The notes below the pieces were generated by a model. It ran no database searches and was not told the DNA's origin. It saw only the letters and a list, made by a program, of their open reading frames with translations. A stretch of 64,000 nt of DNA from an uncultured candidate division Zixibacteria bacterium (GTDB lineage: Bacteria > Zixibacteria > MSB-5A5 > GN15 > FEB-12), in the NCBI GenBank assembly GCA_963735035.1, contig CAVTJJ010000006.1, positions 608,001 to 672,000 on the forward strand, given 5' to 3'. Made by a program: the position numbers and the translations under genes. Positions 1 through 9,749 of this stretch are shown piece by piece. Positions within the stretch are counted from its first letter, which is position 1. Every line of letters starts with the position of its first letter.

Positions 1-118
1 GGGGGTTGTCTTTTTCTCATTCCGGATGCATATTGGAAAATGTCTTCGTTGATGTGGCAATGGCGCGATGCGGTGCGGACGGCGGAATGTCGACCGGGGC
101 GCCGGAAAGGATAAATTC

Positions 119-1327
119 GTGTTGGCTGAAGTCAAGCAGCAGGTCAATCCAGATAAATGGCCGATTGCGCCGCATGTCAAGAACCTTGAGGCGTCTATAA
201 TTCGTGAGATTCTGAAGGTCACGTCTCAACCGGGAATAATCTCATTCGCCGGGGGATTACCTGCCCCGGAACTATTCCCGCTGAAAGATCTCGCCCGGAT
301 CTCCGCCGAAGTTATCGAGAAATACGGCTCGAATTGTCTTCAATATTCCCTTACGATGGGTATCGTGCAGCTTCGTGAGAAAATTGCCGAGATGGCCACC
401 CGGGCCGGCTCGCCCACGAAGATCGAAAATCTACTGATCACGTCGGGGTCACAGCAAGGTATCGAGTTATTGGCGCGCGTGTTTGTAGACAAAGGCGATT
501 ATATCATTACCGAGAATCCCACCTATGTCGGTGCGCTGCAGGCTTTCCAGTATTACCAGGCCCGATATGCCCCGGTGGAGATTGACGACGACGGCATGAT
601 TGTCGATCAGGTCGAAGAGAAGATCAAGAAGTACAGCCCCAAGATGATCTATACCGTCTCGAATTTCCAGAACCCAACCGGTATTACGATGTCGCTCGAA
701 CGACGCCGTCAACTGCTGGCTCTGGCCTCGCGTTACGGGATTCCGGTAATCGACGACAACCCCTACAGCGATATCCGCTTCTCGGGAGAGCCGGTGCGGA
801 CTTTGAAGTCGATAGGTGGCGATGAGGTCATAGCGCTCAAGACGTTCTCCAAGACGCTGACTCCGGGACTTCGCATCGGCTGGATCAATGGTCCGGCGAG
901 CATTGTTCGTCAGTTTGAAAAAGTGAAACAATGCACCGATCTTCACACGAGCACCTACGGGCAGTACATAATCTACGAATATATCCAACAGGGCCTGCTG
1001 GAGCCGCAGATCGAGCGTCTCCGACGCGACTATCTGGCCAAACGCGACACTATGATGAAGGCGATGGAAGAGAAGTTCCCTAAAGAAATCACCTGGACCA
1101 AGCCGGACGGCGGCTTGTTCCTGTGGGTCACGCTGCCTGAGCACATGTCGGCCAAAGCGCTGTTGCCCAAGGCTATCGAGCGCAAGGTGGCGTATGTATA
1201 TGGCGAGCCGTTCTTCCCCAATGGCGGCGGCGTGAACACGCTTCGAATGAACTTCTCGAACGCTTCTCTGGAAGGGATTGTCGAAGGAGTCGGCAGGCTA
1301 GGCAAGCTGTTCAAAGAGAATATGTAA
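119..1327 (+). CDS. PLP-dependent aminotransferase, class I/II (LysN/2-aminoadipate transaminase-like)
   Basis: Motifs ISFAGGLPAPELFP, ITSGSQQG, FQNPTG, DDNPY, TFSK(PLP Lys)TLTPGLRIGW, GGLFLW. Start moved to GTG 119 (or TTG 122) behind GAAAGGA at 105-111. Confidence 0.9.
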   Translation: MLAEVKQQVNPDKWPIAPHVKNLEASIIREILKVTSQPGIISFAGGLPAPELFPLKDLARISAEVIEKYGSNCLQYSLTMGIVQLREKIAEMATRAGSPTKIENLLITSGSQQGIELLARVFVDKGDYIITENPTYVGALQAFQYYQARYAPVEIDDDGMIVDQVEEKIKKYSPKMIYTVSNFQNPTGITMSLERRRQLLALASRYGIPVIDDNPYSDIRFSGEPVRTLKSIGGDEVIALKTFSKTLTPGLRIGWINGPASIVRQFEKVKQCTDLHTSTYGQYIIYEYIQQGLLEPQIERLRRDYLAKRDTMMKAMEEKFPKEITWTKPDGGLFLWVTLPEHMSAKALLPKAIERKVAYVYGEPFFPNGGGVNTLRMNFSNASLEGIVEGVGRLGKLFKENM

Positions 1328-1376
1328 GCGTGTGAAGACTTTGGCGGGCCGAAAGCTCAGTCCGCCTGAACTTGCT

Positions 1377-1407
1377 AAGCCGTGGCTTTCCAAGCTGCGG
1401 CTTTTTT
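1377..1407 (+). terminator. Probable intrinsic terminator
   Basis: AAGCCGTGGCTT-TCC-AAGCTGCGGCTT stem with G-U pairs running into a T-tract, about 50 nt after the aminotransferase stop. Confidence 0.65.
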
Positions 1408-1445
1408 CTTGAATTTCGAGGGCGGTTTGGATTTATAGGATCGAT

Positions 1446-2288
1446 ATGATAGTCAATTTCCATAAATACCACGCGCTCTGGAACGACTTTGTCGTTCTCG
1501 ACCAATCCGCCAACCGACGGCTGACCCTGAGCCGCCTGCCCGCTTTGGCGCGAGCAGTCTGCGATCCCCGAACGGGGATTGGCGCCGATGGCATCCTTTG
1601 GCTTACGACCAGCCGCAAAGCCGAGAGGCGGATGCATGTTTTCAACGCCGATGGCAGTTGGGCCGAGAAGTCCGGCAACGGGCTCAGAATTACGGCCGTT
1701 CACCTTAAGGGGACCAATCCGTCACAGCGACATTTCGATATCGAAACCGCGACTTCCGTGGATCGCACCCGCATCCTCAAGAAGATCGAAGGCGGGTACA
1801 TAGTCCGGGCAGAGCTGGGTAAGCCGGTATTCGAAGTTGCCACTCTCCCAATGAAGTCGCGCAGCAAGTATGTCATTAACGGCTCGGTCAAGATCAGCAA
1901 GACCAAGATAACGATGACCTGTTTGTCGGTGGGGAATCCGCACGCCGTCATATTTGTCGAGAATTTCGATTTTGACTGGAAGACGCTGGGGGCCGAAATA
2001 GAAGTCGCCCGGAATTTTCCACGTGGCACTAATGTTGAATTCGTTCGCGTGATCAACCGCAGTCACATAAAGCTGGCGGAATGGGAGAGAGGTGCCGGCG
2101 CGACCGGGTCTTCGGGGACCGGGGCGGCCGGAGCGGTCTGTGCCGCGGTCGTGCTCGGCCTAACCGAGCGCAAGTGTCGGGTCGAGTTTGAAGCCGGTGA
2201 GCTCGAAATTGACTGGCGAGCCGATGACATTGTCGAATTGACCGGACCGGTTCAGTTCATCATGCGGGGCGAATTCGAATATCTCTGA
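1446..2288 (+). CDS. dapF: Diaminopimelate epimerase-family protein, Ser/Ser active-site variant
   Basis: KYHALWNDF, GIGADG, FNADGS-AEKSGNG, SVGNPHAV, FPRGTNVEF, WERGAG-TGSSGTGA, LTGPV match the DapF fold motifs; both catalytic Cys positions are Ser. Confidence 0.85.
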   Translation: MIVNFHKYHALWNDFVVLDQSANRRLTLSRLPALARAVCDPRTGIGADGILWLTTSRKAERRMHVFNADGSWAEKSGNGLRITAVHLKGTNPSQRHFDIETATSVDRTRILKKIEGGYIVRAELGKPVFEVATLPMKSRSKYVINGSVKISKTKITMTCLSVGNPHAVIFVENFDFDWKTLGAEIEVARNFPRGTNVEFVRVINRSHIKLAEWERGAGATGSSGTGAAGAVCAAVVLGLTERKCRVEFEAGELEIDWRADDIVELTGPVQFIMRGEFEYL

Positions 2289-2350
2289 ACTTCCGAACGG
2301 CCAGGCGATAGCAACGGTTAGTCGCACGTCCCGTCGTATCATTCTATAAT

Positions 2351-2917
2351 ATGATCATAGTGCTCGATAATTACGACTCGTTTACCTATAACCTGGTACA
2401 GTATCTGGCCGAACTGGGAGCGGAATTGAAAGTCGTCCGAAACGATGAGATGTCGACCGCGGAGATATTGAACTTGAATCCATCCGGAATCGTGCTGTCG
2501 CCGGGGCCGGGGCGCCCCGAAGAAGCCGGCATTATGAATTCGCTCATACAGGAAGCGGCCGGAATCGTGCCAATGCTGGGCGTTTGTTTGGGATGTCAGG
2601 CCATGGCGCAGGTCTACGGCGGTCGAGTGGGGTATGCACCGAGCCTTATGCACGGGAAGACATCGGAGATCCAGCACGACGGATCGCAATTGTTTCGCGG
2701 AGTAGAATCACCGTTCACAGCTATGCGATATCATTCGCTGGCCGTGGAACGCGATTCACTTCTGGCGGAAGTAGTAGTAAACGCCTGGACCAACGACGGC
2801 GTGGTGATGGCTTTATCGCACCGGGAGCTTCCGCTCTACGGTGTTCAGTTCCACCCGGAGTCGATCCTGACTGATTCCGGCAAGACGATTCTCGCTAACT
2901 TCCTCGAAATTGTATAG
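2351..2917 (+). CDS. Glutamine amidotransferase, anthranilate/aminodeoxychorismate synthase component II (TrpG/PabA)
   Basis: DNYDSFTYNL, LSPGPGRP, GVCLG, RYHSL, GVQFHPES; trpG versus pabA cannot be resolved from sequence. Confidence 0.92.
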   Translation: MIIVLDNYDSFTYNLVQYLAELGAELKVVRNDEMSTAEILNLNPSGIVLSPGPGRPEEAGIMNSLIQEAAGIVPMLGVCLGCQAMAQVYGGRVGYAPSLMHGKTSEIQHDGSQLFRGVESPFTAMRYHSLAVERDSLLAEVVVNAWTNDGVVMALSHRELPLYGVQFHPESILTDSGKTILANFLEIV

Positions 2918-2997
2918 TCCAGGTTTGTGTCTGAGACAAAATATGGGCTGCCATTGACTATATTACCGGGCTTGGCGCAACCGTACGTTGACATATA

Positions 2998-4327
2998 ATG
3001 ATTGTTGAGTCACCACAGAAACCGGGTAGTTCCGAATCGAAAGGCTGGCTGGAGCGGATTCGGTCCGGTGCGACCGAGTATGCGGCGTCGGTGCGAATGT
3101 TCTCGCCCAATGCCCGGCTATATCTGATAGGTTCGTTCCTAATCGGATTCAACAATGCGGTCTTCGAATTGCTGCTGAATCTCTATCTGAAGCAGCTCGG
3201 TTATGTCGAAGGACAGATCGGGCTGGTGCAATCGAGCCGGGCGCTCGGTATGACTCTGGTGGCTATTCCGGCCGCGATGCTTCTGAGTCGGGTCAAGCTC
3301 AAACCGCTCCTGCTGACGTTCTGTGTCTTGCTGGCGATGTTTTCGTTCGGGTTGACGACCTGGACGCAACTGCAGTTCCTGCTCGGTTTCGGACTCCTGA
3401 CCGGGATGGCTTTCGCGTTCTTCCGGGTGGCAGGGGGGCCGTTCTACATGAGGAATTCCACCCCGGCCGAGCGGACTCATCTATTCTCGTTCTCATTTGG
3501 GGTACATCTTCTGGCGGGGATCATCGGATCGTGGGGCGCCGGACGACTGGTCAAGCTGCTGTCTGAGCAGACCGGTGACATAATTCTGGGATATCAGTAC
3601 ACCCTCTATGTAGGTTTGGCGGTAAGTCTGCTGGCCGTCATCCCGATGGGGTTGATCAAAGCGACCGAGCCGTCGTCGGATGAAAATCGAATCCATATCT
3701 CAATCGAGCAGTTCCGACGGCGGGGCGGATTCTACATGAAGCTCATGACAGTCAATCTACTGGTCGGGATCGGGGCCGGGCTGATAATTCCGTTCCTGAA
3801 CTTGTATTTCCGCGACCGTTTTGAACTTCCCCCGGAACAGATCGCTTTCTATTTCATGCTGCTGACTTTGGGAATGCTGGCCGGAACGCTGCTCGGACCG
3901 CTTGTCACACCGCGACTGGGTTTGGTGCGCACGATAGTCTCTGACCCAGTTGGCGTCGATTCCGTTCATGATTACGCTGGCTTACACGCATTCGCTCTAT
4001 CTGGCCGTGCCCGCATTCTTGCTGAGAGGGGCGCTGATGAACATGGGTGTCCCTATAAACAACAATTTCAGCATGGAGCTGTCCGAGAAGGGCGAACAGG
4101 GGTTGGTGAATGCCATCCTGATGATCTCCTGGACAGGGTCATGGATGTTTTCGGTGGCCGCGGGCGGGGAGATCATCCAGCATTACGGTTACACCGTGGT
4201 GCTGAACATTGCCGTAGTGCTGTATGTGGCGGCGTCGCTGGCGTACTATGCATTCTTCTCCAAGGTCGAGAAGCGCCACGCGGAGGGGGTTGGCTGGTAT
4301 ATCTCCGATGAGGCCCGCCAGGAATAG
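2998..4327 (+). pseudogene. MFS transporter interrupted by a frameshift near 3940 (true lesion or assembly error)
   Basis: Hydrophobic MFS helices run to ...GLVRTIV (3939). That frame then turns non-hydrophobic, while the +1 frame continues LTQLASIPFMITLAY...RGALMNMGVP... to stop 4327. Confidence 0.8.
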
Positions 4328-4432
4328 TCGCCCGGCAAAGTCGCTGTATTGGAACGGCTTGGGGAGGTCTGTCGGGGCGATATTAGTGTTTGCCAACGGT
4401 CATGTTTCGTGAGATATTAGCCTCCCTTGAAG

Positions 4433-4602
4433 GAGTGTTGAAGAAGTCCGCATCGTGTCATTGCGAGCGGAGCCGGCTCCCGTTAGGCGGGCCGCGTAGC
4501 GCGGCAATCTCAAAGTTGTAACTGTAGAGCAATTTGAGATCGCCACGGCCCCGATCAAGTCGGGGGCCTCGCGATGACGTACTTGAAGTTTCTTCAGCCG
4601 GC
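4433..4602. repeat. Palindromic MITE/REP-like intergenic element
   Basis: GTCATTGCGAG (4457-4467) / CTCGCGATGAC (4568-4578) inverted pair, inner GGCAATCTCAAA / TTTGAGATCGCC pair and GGCCCCGA..TCGGGGGCC hairpin; weaker outer ends GTTGAAGAA / TTCTTCAGC. Confidence 0.7.
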
Positions 4603-4626
4603 ATTTATAGATTGGTAGCAACATCG

Positions 4627-6438
4627 ATGACGCAGGATATATACAGAGAGAAATTCGCCCAGGCGACAGCGGCTGCTTTTCGCCAGGTTTACCCGGACGT
4701 ATTCCAGACACAGGGCGACCAGGGTCCGTTTAGTGCGGCTACAATACTATCGGAGCTGATTCCCCCCAAAGATCCAGCCATGGGTCGTTTCTGTCTGCCG
4801 GTTTTCAAGCAGGCCCGCCTGTTTTCACAATCTCCGCCGCAGATTAGCGCGGCTGTCGCACCGGTCGTAAACGTGTTCCTGAAGCAATTGGGGGCGGCGG
4901 CGACAGTGTGCGAAGCGGTCGGTGGCTATCTAAACGCTCGAATTGATCCGGTTGCATTCACTCAGGAGACTCTGACTTCGATACTAACTAAGGGGAGTCA
5001 CTACGGCGACAGCACGCTGGGAGGCGGGAAGGTCTATCTCGTCGAATATTCCTCGCCGAATATCGCCAAGCCGTTCGGAATCGGGCATCTCCGCTCTACT
5101 ATTATTGGTCATTCCCTCAGGCGCATCAATCTGAAGCTCGGTTACAAGGCGCTGGGTATCAATTATCCGGGCGACTGGGGGACGCAGTTCGGCAAGATGA
5201 TTGTCGCTTTCCGGAAATGGGGCAATACTGACACGCTCGAAGGCGACGCGGTCAAGAAGCTACTAGAACTTTATGTCAGATTTCACCGCGAGGCGCATGA
5301 GAACCCGGCTCTCGACGACGAAGCCCGCCGGGCGTTCAAAGACCTTGAAGACGGCCATGCTGATGCGGTTGCCCTGTGGGAGAAGTTCAAGAAGATATCG
5401 TACGCCGAATTTGATCGCATCTACGGGATGCTCGGTATCGAATTCGACTGGACTTACGGCGAATCAGTTCTGAACGAGCGGATGGAGCCCATGATCCAGC
5501 GCTTGGACAAAGCCGGGCTGACATCGCGGTCGCAGGGAGCGCTGGTGGTCGAACTGGGTGACCCCAATCTTCCGCCGCTCTTGTTGCGCAAATCCGACGG
5601 CGCCACACTCTATGCTACGCGCGATCTGGCGGGTATCATCTACCGTTGCGAGAAATATCCGGATCTTTACAAGTCGCTCTACGTCGTGAATGTCGCCCAG
5701 TCCGATCATTTCAAGCAGTGCTTCAAGGTCATAGCCAAGCTGGAAGAGGCTGAGGGGGTACCGGTCGGTCAACGAATGCACGAGCGAATCGTGCATGTCG
5801 ATTTCGGCTGGGTCAGATTCGACGGCCAAATGATGTCGACCCGTGAGGGCAACACGGTGCTCCTCGAAGACGTAATTGACGAGGCCACCCGCCAATCGAG
5901 CGCGTTGATGAAAGAGAAGAACCCCGATCTGGCCAATGCCGATGAGATCGCCCGGATGGTTGGTGTGGGGGCGGTCATCTTCTCGCAAATTTCAGTTCGA
6001 CGTCAGCGTGACATCGATTTCCGCTGGGCGGACGTGCTCAATTTCGACGGCGAGACCGGGCCGTATTTGCAGTACACGCACGCGCGGCTGGCATCGGTCA
6101 TCAGGCGATACGGCAAACCGGTGAGGGAGTCGGTAGATTTCAGCCTTCTCAATCAACCGGAAGAACAGCGGGTTATCGAATTACTCGCGGATTTCCCCGG
6201 CGTGATAGTTGACGCGGGAGAACAATACGAACCGTATTTTATTTCCAGTCACCTGTTGAAACTGGCGTCGGCGTACAACAAAGTGTACCAACGCAAGGAC
6301 GATCAGGGTCGAATAGACAAGATTCTTTCGGACGATCCGGCGCTCACTGACGCGAGGCTGGCGCTAGTCAAGTCGGTGCAGACTGTGATAGACATAGGTT
6401 TGCACTTGCTGGGTTTGCGCGCGCCGGAGGCAATGTAG
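4627..6438 (+). CDS. argS: Arginine--tRNA ligase
   Basis: VEYSSPNIAKPFGIGHLRS, GDWGTQFG, KSDGATLYATRDLA, MSTREG, FDGETGPYLQYTHAR, C-terminal APEAM. Start moved to ATG 4627. Confidence 0.96.
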   Translation: MTQDIYREKFAQATAAAFRQVYPDVFQTQGDQGPFSAATILSELIPPKDPAMGRFCLPVFKQARLFSQSPPQISAAVAPVVNVFLKQLGAAATVCEAVGGYLNARIDPVAFTQETLTSILTKGSHYGDSTLGGGKVYLVEYSSPNIAKPFGIGHLRSTIIGHSLRRINLKLGYKALGINYPGDWGTQFGKMIVAFRKWGNTDTLEGDAVKKLLELYVRFHREAHENPALDDEARRAFKDLEDGHADAVALWEKFKKISYAEFDRIYGMLGIEFDWTYGESVLNERMEPMIQRLDKAGLTSRSQGALVVELGDPNLPPLLLRKSDGATLYATRDLAGIIYRCEKYPDLYKSLYVVNVAQSDHFKQCFKVIAKLEEAEGVPVGQRMHERIVHVDFGWVRFDGQMMSTREGNTVLLEDVIDEATRQSSALMKEKNPDLANADEIARMVGVGAVIFSQISVRRQRDIDFRWADVLNFDGETGPYLQYTHARLASVIRRYGKPVRESVDFSLLNQPEEQRVIELLADFPGVIVDAGEQYEPYFISSHLLKLASAYNKVYQRKDDQGRIDKILSDDPALTDARLALVKSVQTVIDIGLHLLGLRAPEAM

Positions 6439-6538
6439 ATTTGGGATACCGGGTCCGTACCGGGTAATATCTGGCAATGGAAATTGATTTCACAATTTTG
6501 ACGCGGTGTTCGGGCAGGGCTGACCGGAGGAACAATCA

Positions 6539-7555
6539 ATGCTGATTGTGATGTCGCGCTCCGCCACTCCGGACCTCGTGGCGCGGGTATGCGAAGAAGT
6601 TGAGAAGATGGGGCTGGCGGCTCATCCGATGTTCGGCTCCCAACGTGTCGCTATCGGGATCACCGGCAACAAGAAGCAGGTGGATTCGGACCGAATCGCG
6701 AATCTGCCTGGCGTGCAGGAAGTCATTCACGTTACCAGACCGTATCATCTCGTCAGCCGCGAGAATCACCCCGAGGATACGATTGTCGATATCGGTGGCG
6801 TTAAGGTCGGCGGGCGAGAGTTCACAATTATGGCGGGTCCGTGTTCGGTCGAGAGTGAAAGCCAATGTTTCACTGTCGCTGAAGCGGTTGCGAAGTCGGG
6901 TGTGAAGATTTTTCGCGGCGGAGCCTATAAACCGCGAAGCTCGCCGTACACTTTTCAGGGCCTGGGTGAAAAGGGTCTCGAAATTCTGGCGAAAGTAAGA
7001 GAGCGTTTTGGGTTGAAGATAGTCACAGAAGCGATCGATACGGAAACAATCGGTCTAGTGTCTCAATACGCCGACATCATCCAGGTCGGCGCCCGCAATA
7101 TGCAAAACTATTCGTTGTTAAAGAAAGCCGGTCGCACCGGCAAGCCGGTGCTGCTGAAACGGGGTCATTCGGCCACTCTGGATGAGTTGCTTCTTTCGGC
7201 GGAGTACATTCTGGCCGAGAACAATCCAAACGTTATTCTGTGTGAGCGGGGTGTCCGCACGCTGGCCAACCACAGCCGCAACACGTTAGACCTGTCAGCG
7301 GTGCCGTTCATCAAGGGCAATAGTCACCTGCCTATTATAGCCGACCCGAGTCATGGGACCGGGCGTCGCGAGAAAGTCCTGCCACTGTCGCGTGCTTCTA
7401 TTGCAGTTGGGGCCGACGGACTCATGGTCGAAGTGCATAACCAACCCGATCAGGCTCTGTCCGACGGGGCTCAGTCGATTACCTGTGAGATGTTCGTACA
7501 ACTTATGAAAGACATGCGCCGAATCGCGCCTGTGGTTGACAAAATATGTCCGTGA
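6539..7555 (+). CDS. aroF: DAHP synthase, type I-beta with N-terminal regulatory domain
   Basis: AGPCSVES, RGGAYKPRSSPY, QVGARNMQN, LLKRG, LCERG, ADPSHGTG, EVH, SDG; GGAGG RBS upstream. Confidence 0.95.
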   Translation: MLIVMSRSATPDLVARVCEEVEKMGLAAHPMFGSQRVAIGITGNKKQVDSDRIANLPGVQEVIHVTRPYHLVSRENHPEDTIVDIGGVKVGGREFTIMAGPCSVESESQCFTVAEAVAKSGVKIFRGGAYKPRSSPYTFQGLGEKGLEILAKVRERFGLKIVTEAIDTETIGLVSQYADIIQVGARNMQNYSLLKKAGRTGKPVLLKRGHSATLDELLLSAEYILAENNPNVILCERGVRTLANHSRNTLDLSAVPFIKGNSHLPIIADPSHGTGRREKVLPLSRASIAVGADGLMVEVHNQPDQALSDGAQSITCEMFVQLMKDMRRIAPVVDKICP

Positions 7556-8898
7556 AGAAGGATCTCAAACCGGTCAGAAAAGTACACGGCACGGTGCGGA
7601 TGCCGGGGGATAAGTCTATCGCGCAGCGGGCGGCGCTGATATCGGCTCTGGCCACCGCGCCATTGACGGTACAACACTATCCCGACGGCGCCGACAGCCA
7701 GACCGCTTTGAGTGCCGCTCGGATGCTGGGTGTGCAGATACAGAAAAGTGACGATGGTTCACTGACCCTGACACCGCCACCTTCGATCAATCTTCCATTT
7801 GACTCGGTCATTGATTGCGCCAATTCCGGTACTACGGCTAGACTCTTGGCCGGTCTCATCGCCGGAACGAATCAGAGGACTGTGTTATCCGGTGACGAGT
7901 CCCTTTCGAGCCGACCGATGAAGCGGATAGTGGAGCCGCTCTGTGCGATGGGTGCCGAAGTCGTGGCTACCGAAGGACACCTGCCTCTGATGGTGCAGGG
8001 GAAGACATTGCTGCCATTTGAGTATCGTCTGCCGGTACCATCGGCACAAGTAAAGTCGGCCATTCTGCTGGCTGGAATCTCCGCCGGTTGCTCGATCAGA
8101 ATACTCGAGGATGTCATCAGCCGCGATCACACCGAGTTGATGCTGGCACATTTGGGGACCGCAATTGAAATGCGTGAGATTAACGCGGTGCTGCAGATCG
8201 ATCCCGATGATCCCCGAAAGAAACGCCGCATCATGCCGGAATCTTTCCGAAACGAGGTCAAGCTCGGCTCGCGAACGCGGCCGGGTGGCGGGGTGATCAA
8301 TATCCCAGGCGACATATCAACGGCAGCGTTCTTCTTTGCGGCGGCAGCCCTGACCGGTGGTACGGTTACAGTCGAACAGGTGGGATTGAACCCCACGCGG
8401 ACGGCGTTTCTCGACCATTTGAAATCAATTGGTTGTGAAGTATCGATTGCCGACCGAGTAGTAATCAGCGGCGAACCACGTGGCACGGTGACTGTCACAG
8501 GCGGCGAACTCAAGGGGCGCAACATATCAGGCGAGAACACGGTCGCACTCATTGACGAAATACCGATTGTGGCGGTATTGGCTGGATTTGCAAAGGGCGA
8601 GACGATCATCCGCGATGCCGCCGAGTTGCGTCACAAAGAGTCTGACCGTCTCGAAGCGATAGATTTCAATCTACGCCAGATGGGTGTACCCTGTGGCACA
8701 CTCGAGGACGGTTTGATTATAGAAGGTCGCAAGGACCCGAGCGGCAGCGATTTCAAATCGTACGGGGATCACCGTATCGCCATGGCCTGTGCGATAGCGG
8801 CTCTGGCGGCAGTGGGACCATCGACCATTGACGATTCATCGGTAGTGAGCGTCTCCTGTCCGACTTTCTTTGACATTTTGACTCAGATTGTGCAATGA
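7546..8898 (+). CDS. aroA: EPSP synthase (3-phosphoshikimate 1-carboxyvinyltransferase)
   Basis: PGDKSI, NSGTTARL, SLSSRPM, SAQVKSA, RDHTE, DEIP, ELRHKESDR, DHRIAM. Confidence 0.96.
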   Translation: MSVKKDLKPVRKVHGTVRMPGDKSIAQRAALISALATAPLTVQHYPDGADSQTALSAARMLGVQIQKSDDGSLTLTPPPSINLPFDSVIDCANSGTTARLLAGLIAGTNQRTVLSGDESLSSRPMKRIVEPLCAMGAEVVATEGHLPLMVQGKTLLPFEYRLPVPSAQVKSAILLAGISAGCSIRILEDVISRDHTELMLAHLGTAIEMREINAVLQIDPDDPRKKRRIMPESFRNEVKLGSRTRPGGGVINIPGDISTAAFFFAAAALTGGTVTVEQVGLNPTRTAFLDHLKSIGCEVSIADRVVISGEPRGTVTVTGGELKGRNISGENTVALIDEIPIVAVLAGFAKGETIIRDAAELRHKESDRLEAIDFNLRQMGVPCGTLEDGLIIEGRKDPSGSDFKSYGDHRIAMACAIAALAAVGPSTIDDSSVVSVSCPTFFDILTQIVQ

Positions 8899-9734
8899 AA
8901 CCACTCCGGTTTGGACTCGTTGGTGAGAATGTCGGCTATTCGCTGTCGCCGGATATCTTCCTGGCGATGCTCGCCCAACTTGAACTGAAGGGTTGCTTTG
9001 ACGTTCACTCGGTCGCGAGACAACAACTCGGACCTTGCGTGCGGCAACTGGTCGAAACCGGTTGCTCCGGCTTCTCGGTGACCATTCCCCACAAGGAACA
9101 GATAGGACAATTTCTGGATGCCACCGATGACAGCGCCAAGGCTGCGGGTGCGATCAATTCTGTCAGTATTCGCAATGGTTCGTTAACGGGCCACAATACC
9201 GATCGCGAGGGATTTACCTATTCATTGCGACGGCAGGGTTTCACCGGCTGCAAACGTGCGCTCATTCTTGGCCGGGGTGGCGCTGCGAGAGCAGTGATGG
9301 CCGGCCTTCGTCACGATTTCGACGTAACAAAGTTTGTGGTGTGTGGTCGGACTAACGGCGATGAGGCCGATCAGGCGGATAGACTTCAAGCGCTAAGAGA
9401 GCATCTCCAGGCTGACATTAAGGCCGTGCCGCTCGAAGAGTGCGCCGGTGATATGAGTGCCGAGTTGATCGTCAATTGTACTCCACTGGGTGGACCGAAT
9501 CATGCTGACAAGAGCGCTGTCCCGGAACGCCTCGATTGGCAATCGGTCTCTCTGTACTATGATCTGAACTACAACGTGGGCAATCGCATGGTAGCCGAGG
9601 CGCAACGTCACGGTGTGGTCGCTACGGACGGCTCCACTATGCTGGTGGCACAAGCGGTCAGGTCGTTTGAGCTGTGGACCGGACATCGGGCCGACTTCGA
9701 AATGGTCTACAAGAAAGTCTTCCCCAATAACTAA
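8895..9734 (+). CDS. aroE: Shikimate dehydrogenase
   Basis: SLSP, SVTIPHK, GAINS, GHNTD, GRGGAARA, VNCTPLG, YDLNY, MLVAQA; operon context. Confidence 0.93.
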   Translation: MKPLRFGLVGENVGYSLSPDIFLAMLAQLELKGCFDVHSVARQQLGPCVRQLVETGCSGFSVTIPHKEQIGQFLDATDDSAKAAGAINSVSIRNGSLTGHNTDREGFTYSLRRQGFTGCKRALILGRGGAARAVMAGLRHDFDVTKFVVCGRTNGDEADQADRLQALREHLQADIKAVPLEECAGDMSAELIVNCTPLGGPNHADKSAVPERLDWQSVSLYYDLNYNVGNRMVAEAQRHGVVATDGSTMLVAQAVRSFELWTGHRADFEMVYKKVFPNN

Positions 9735-9749
9735 TCCGAAGGTGCTCGT

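Noticed and set aside
1335..1372. Hairpin GGCGGGC..GTCCGCC before the terminator as a possible riboswitch
   Set aside because: I could not match it to c-di-GMP, ZTP, fluoride or lysine riboswitch consensus; an Rfam scan would settle it.
3940..4311. Hydrophilic C-terminus of the 437-aa ORF 2998-4311
   Set aside because: Out-of-frame read-through after the frameshift; the MFS continues in the +1 frame.
4534..4626. N-terminal extension of ArgS in the ORF track
   Set aside because: Starts at a TTG inside the palindromic element and is not ArgS-like; ATG 4627 is more plausible.
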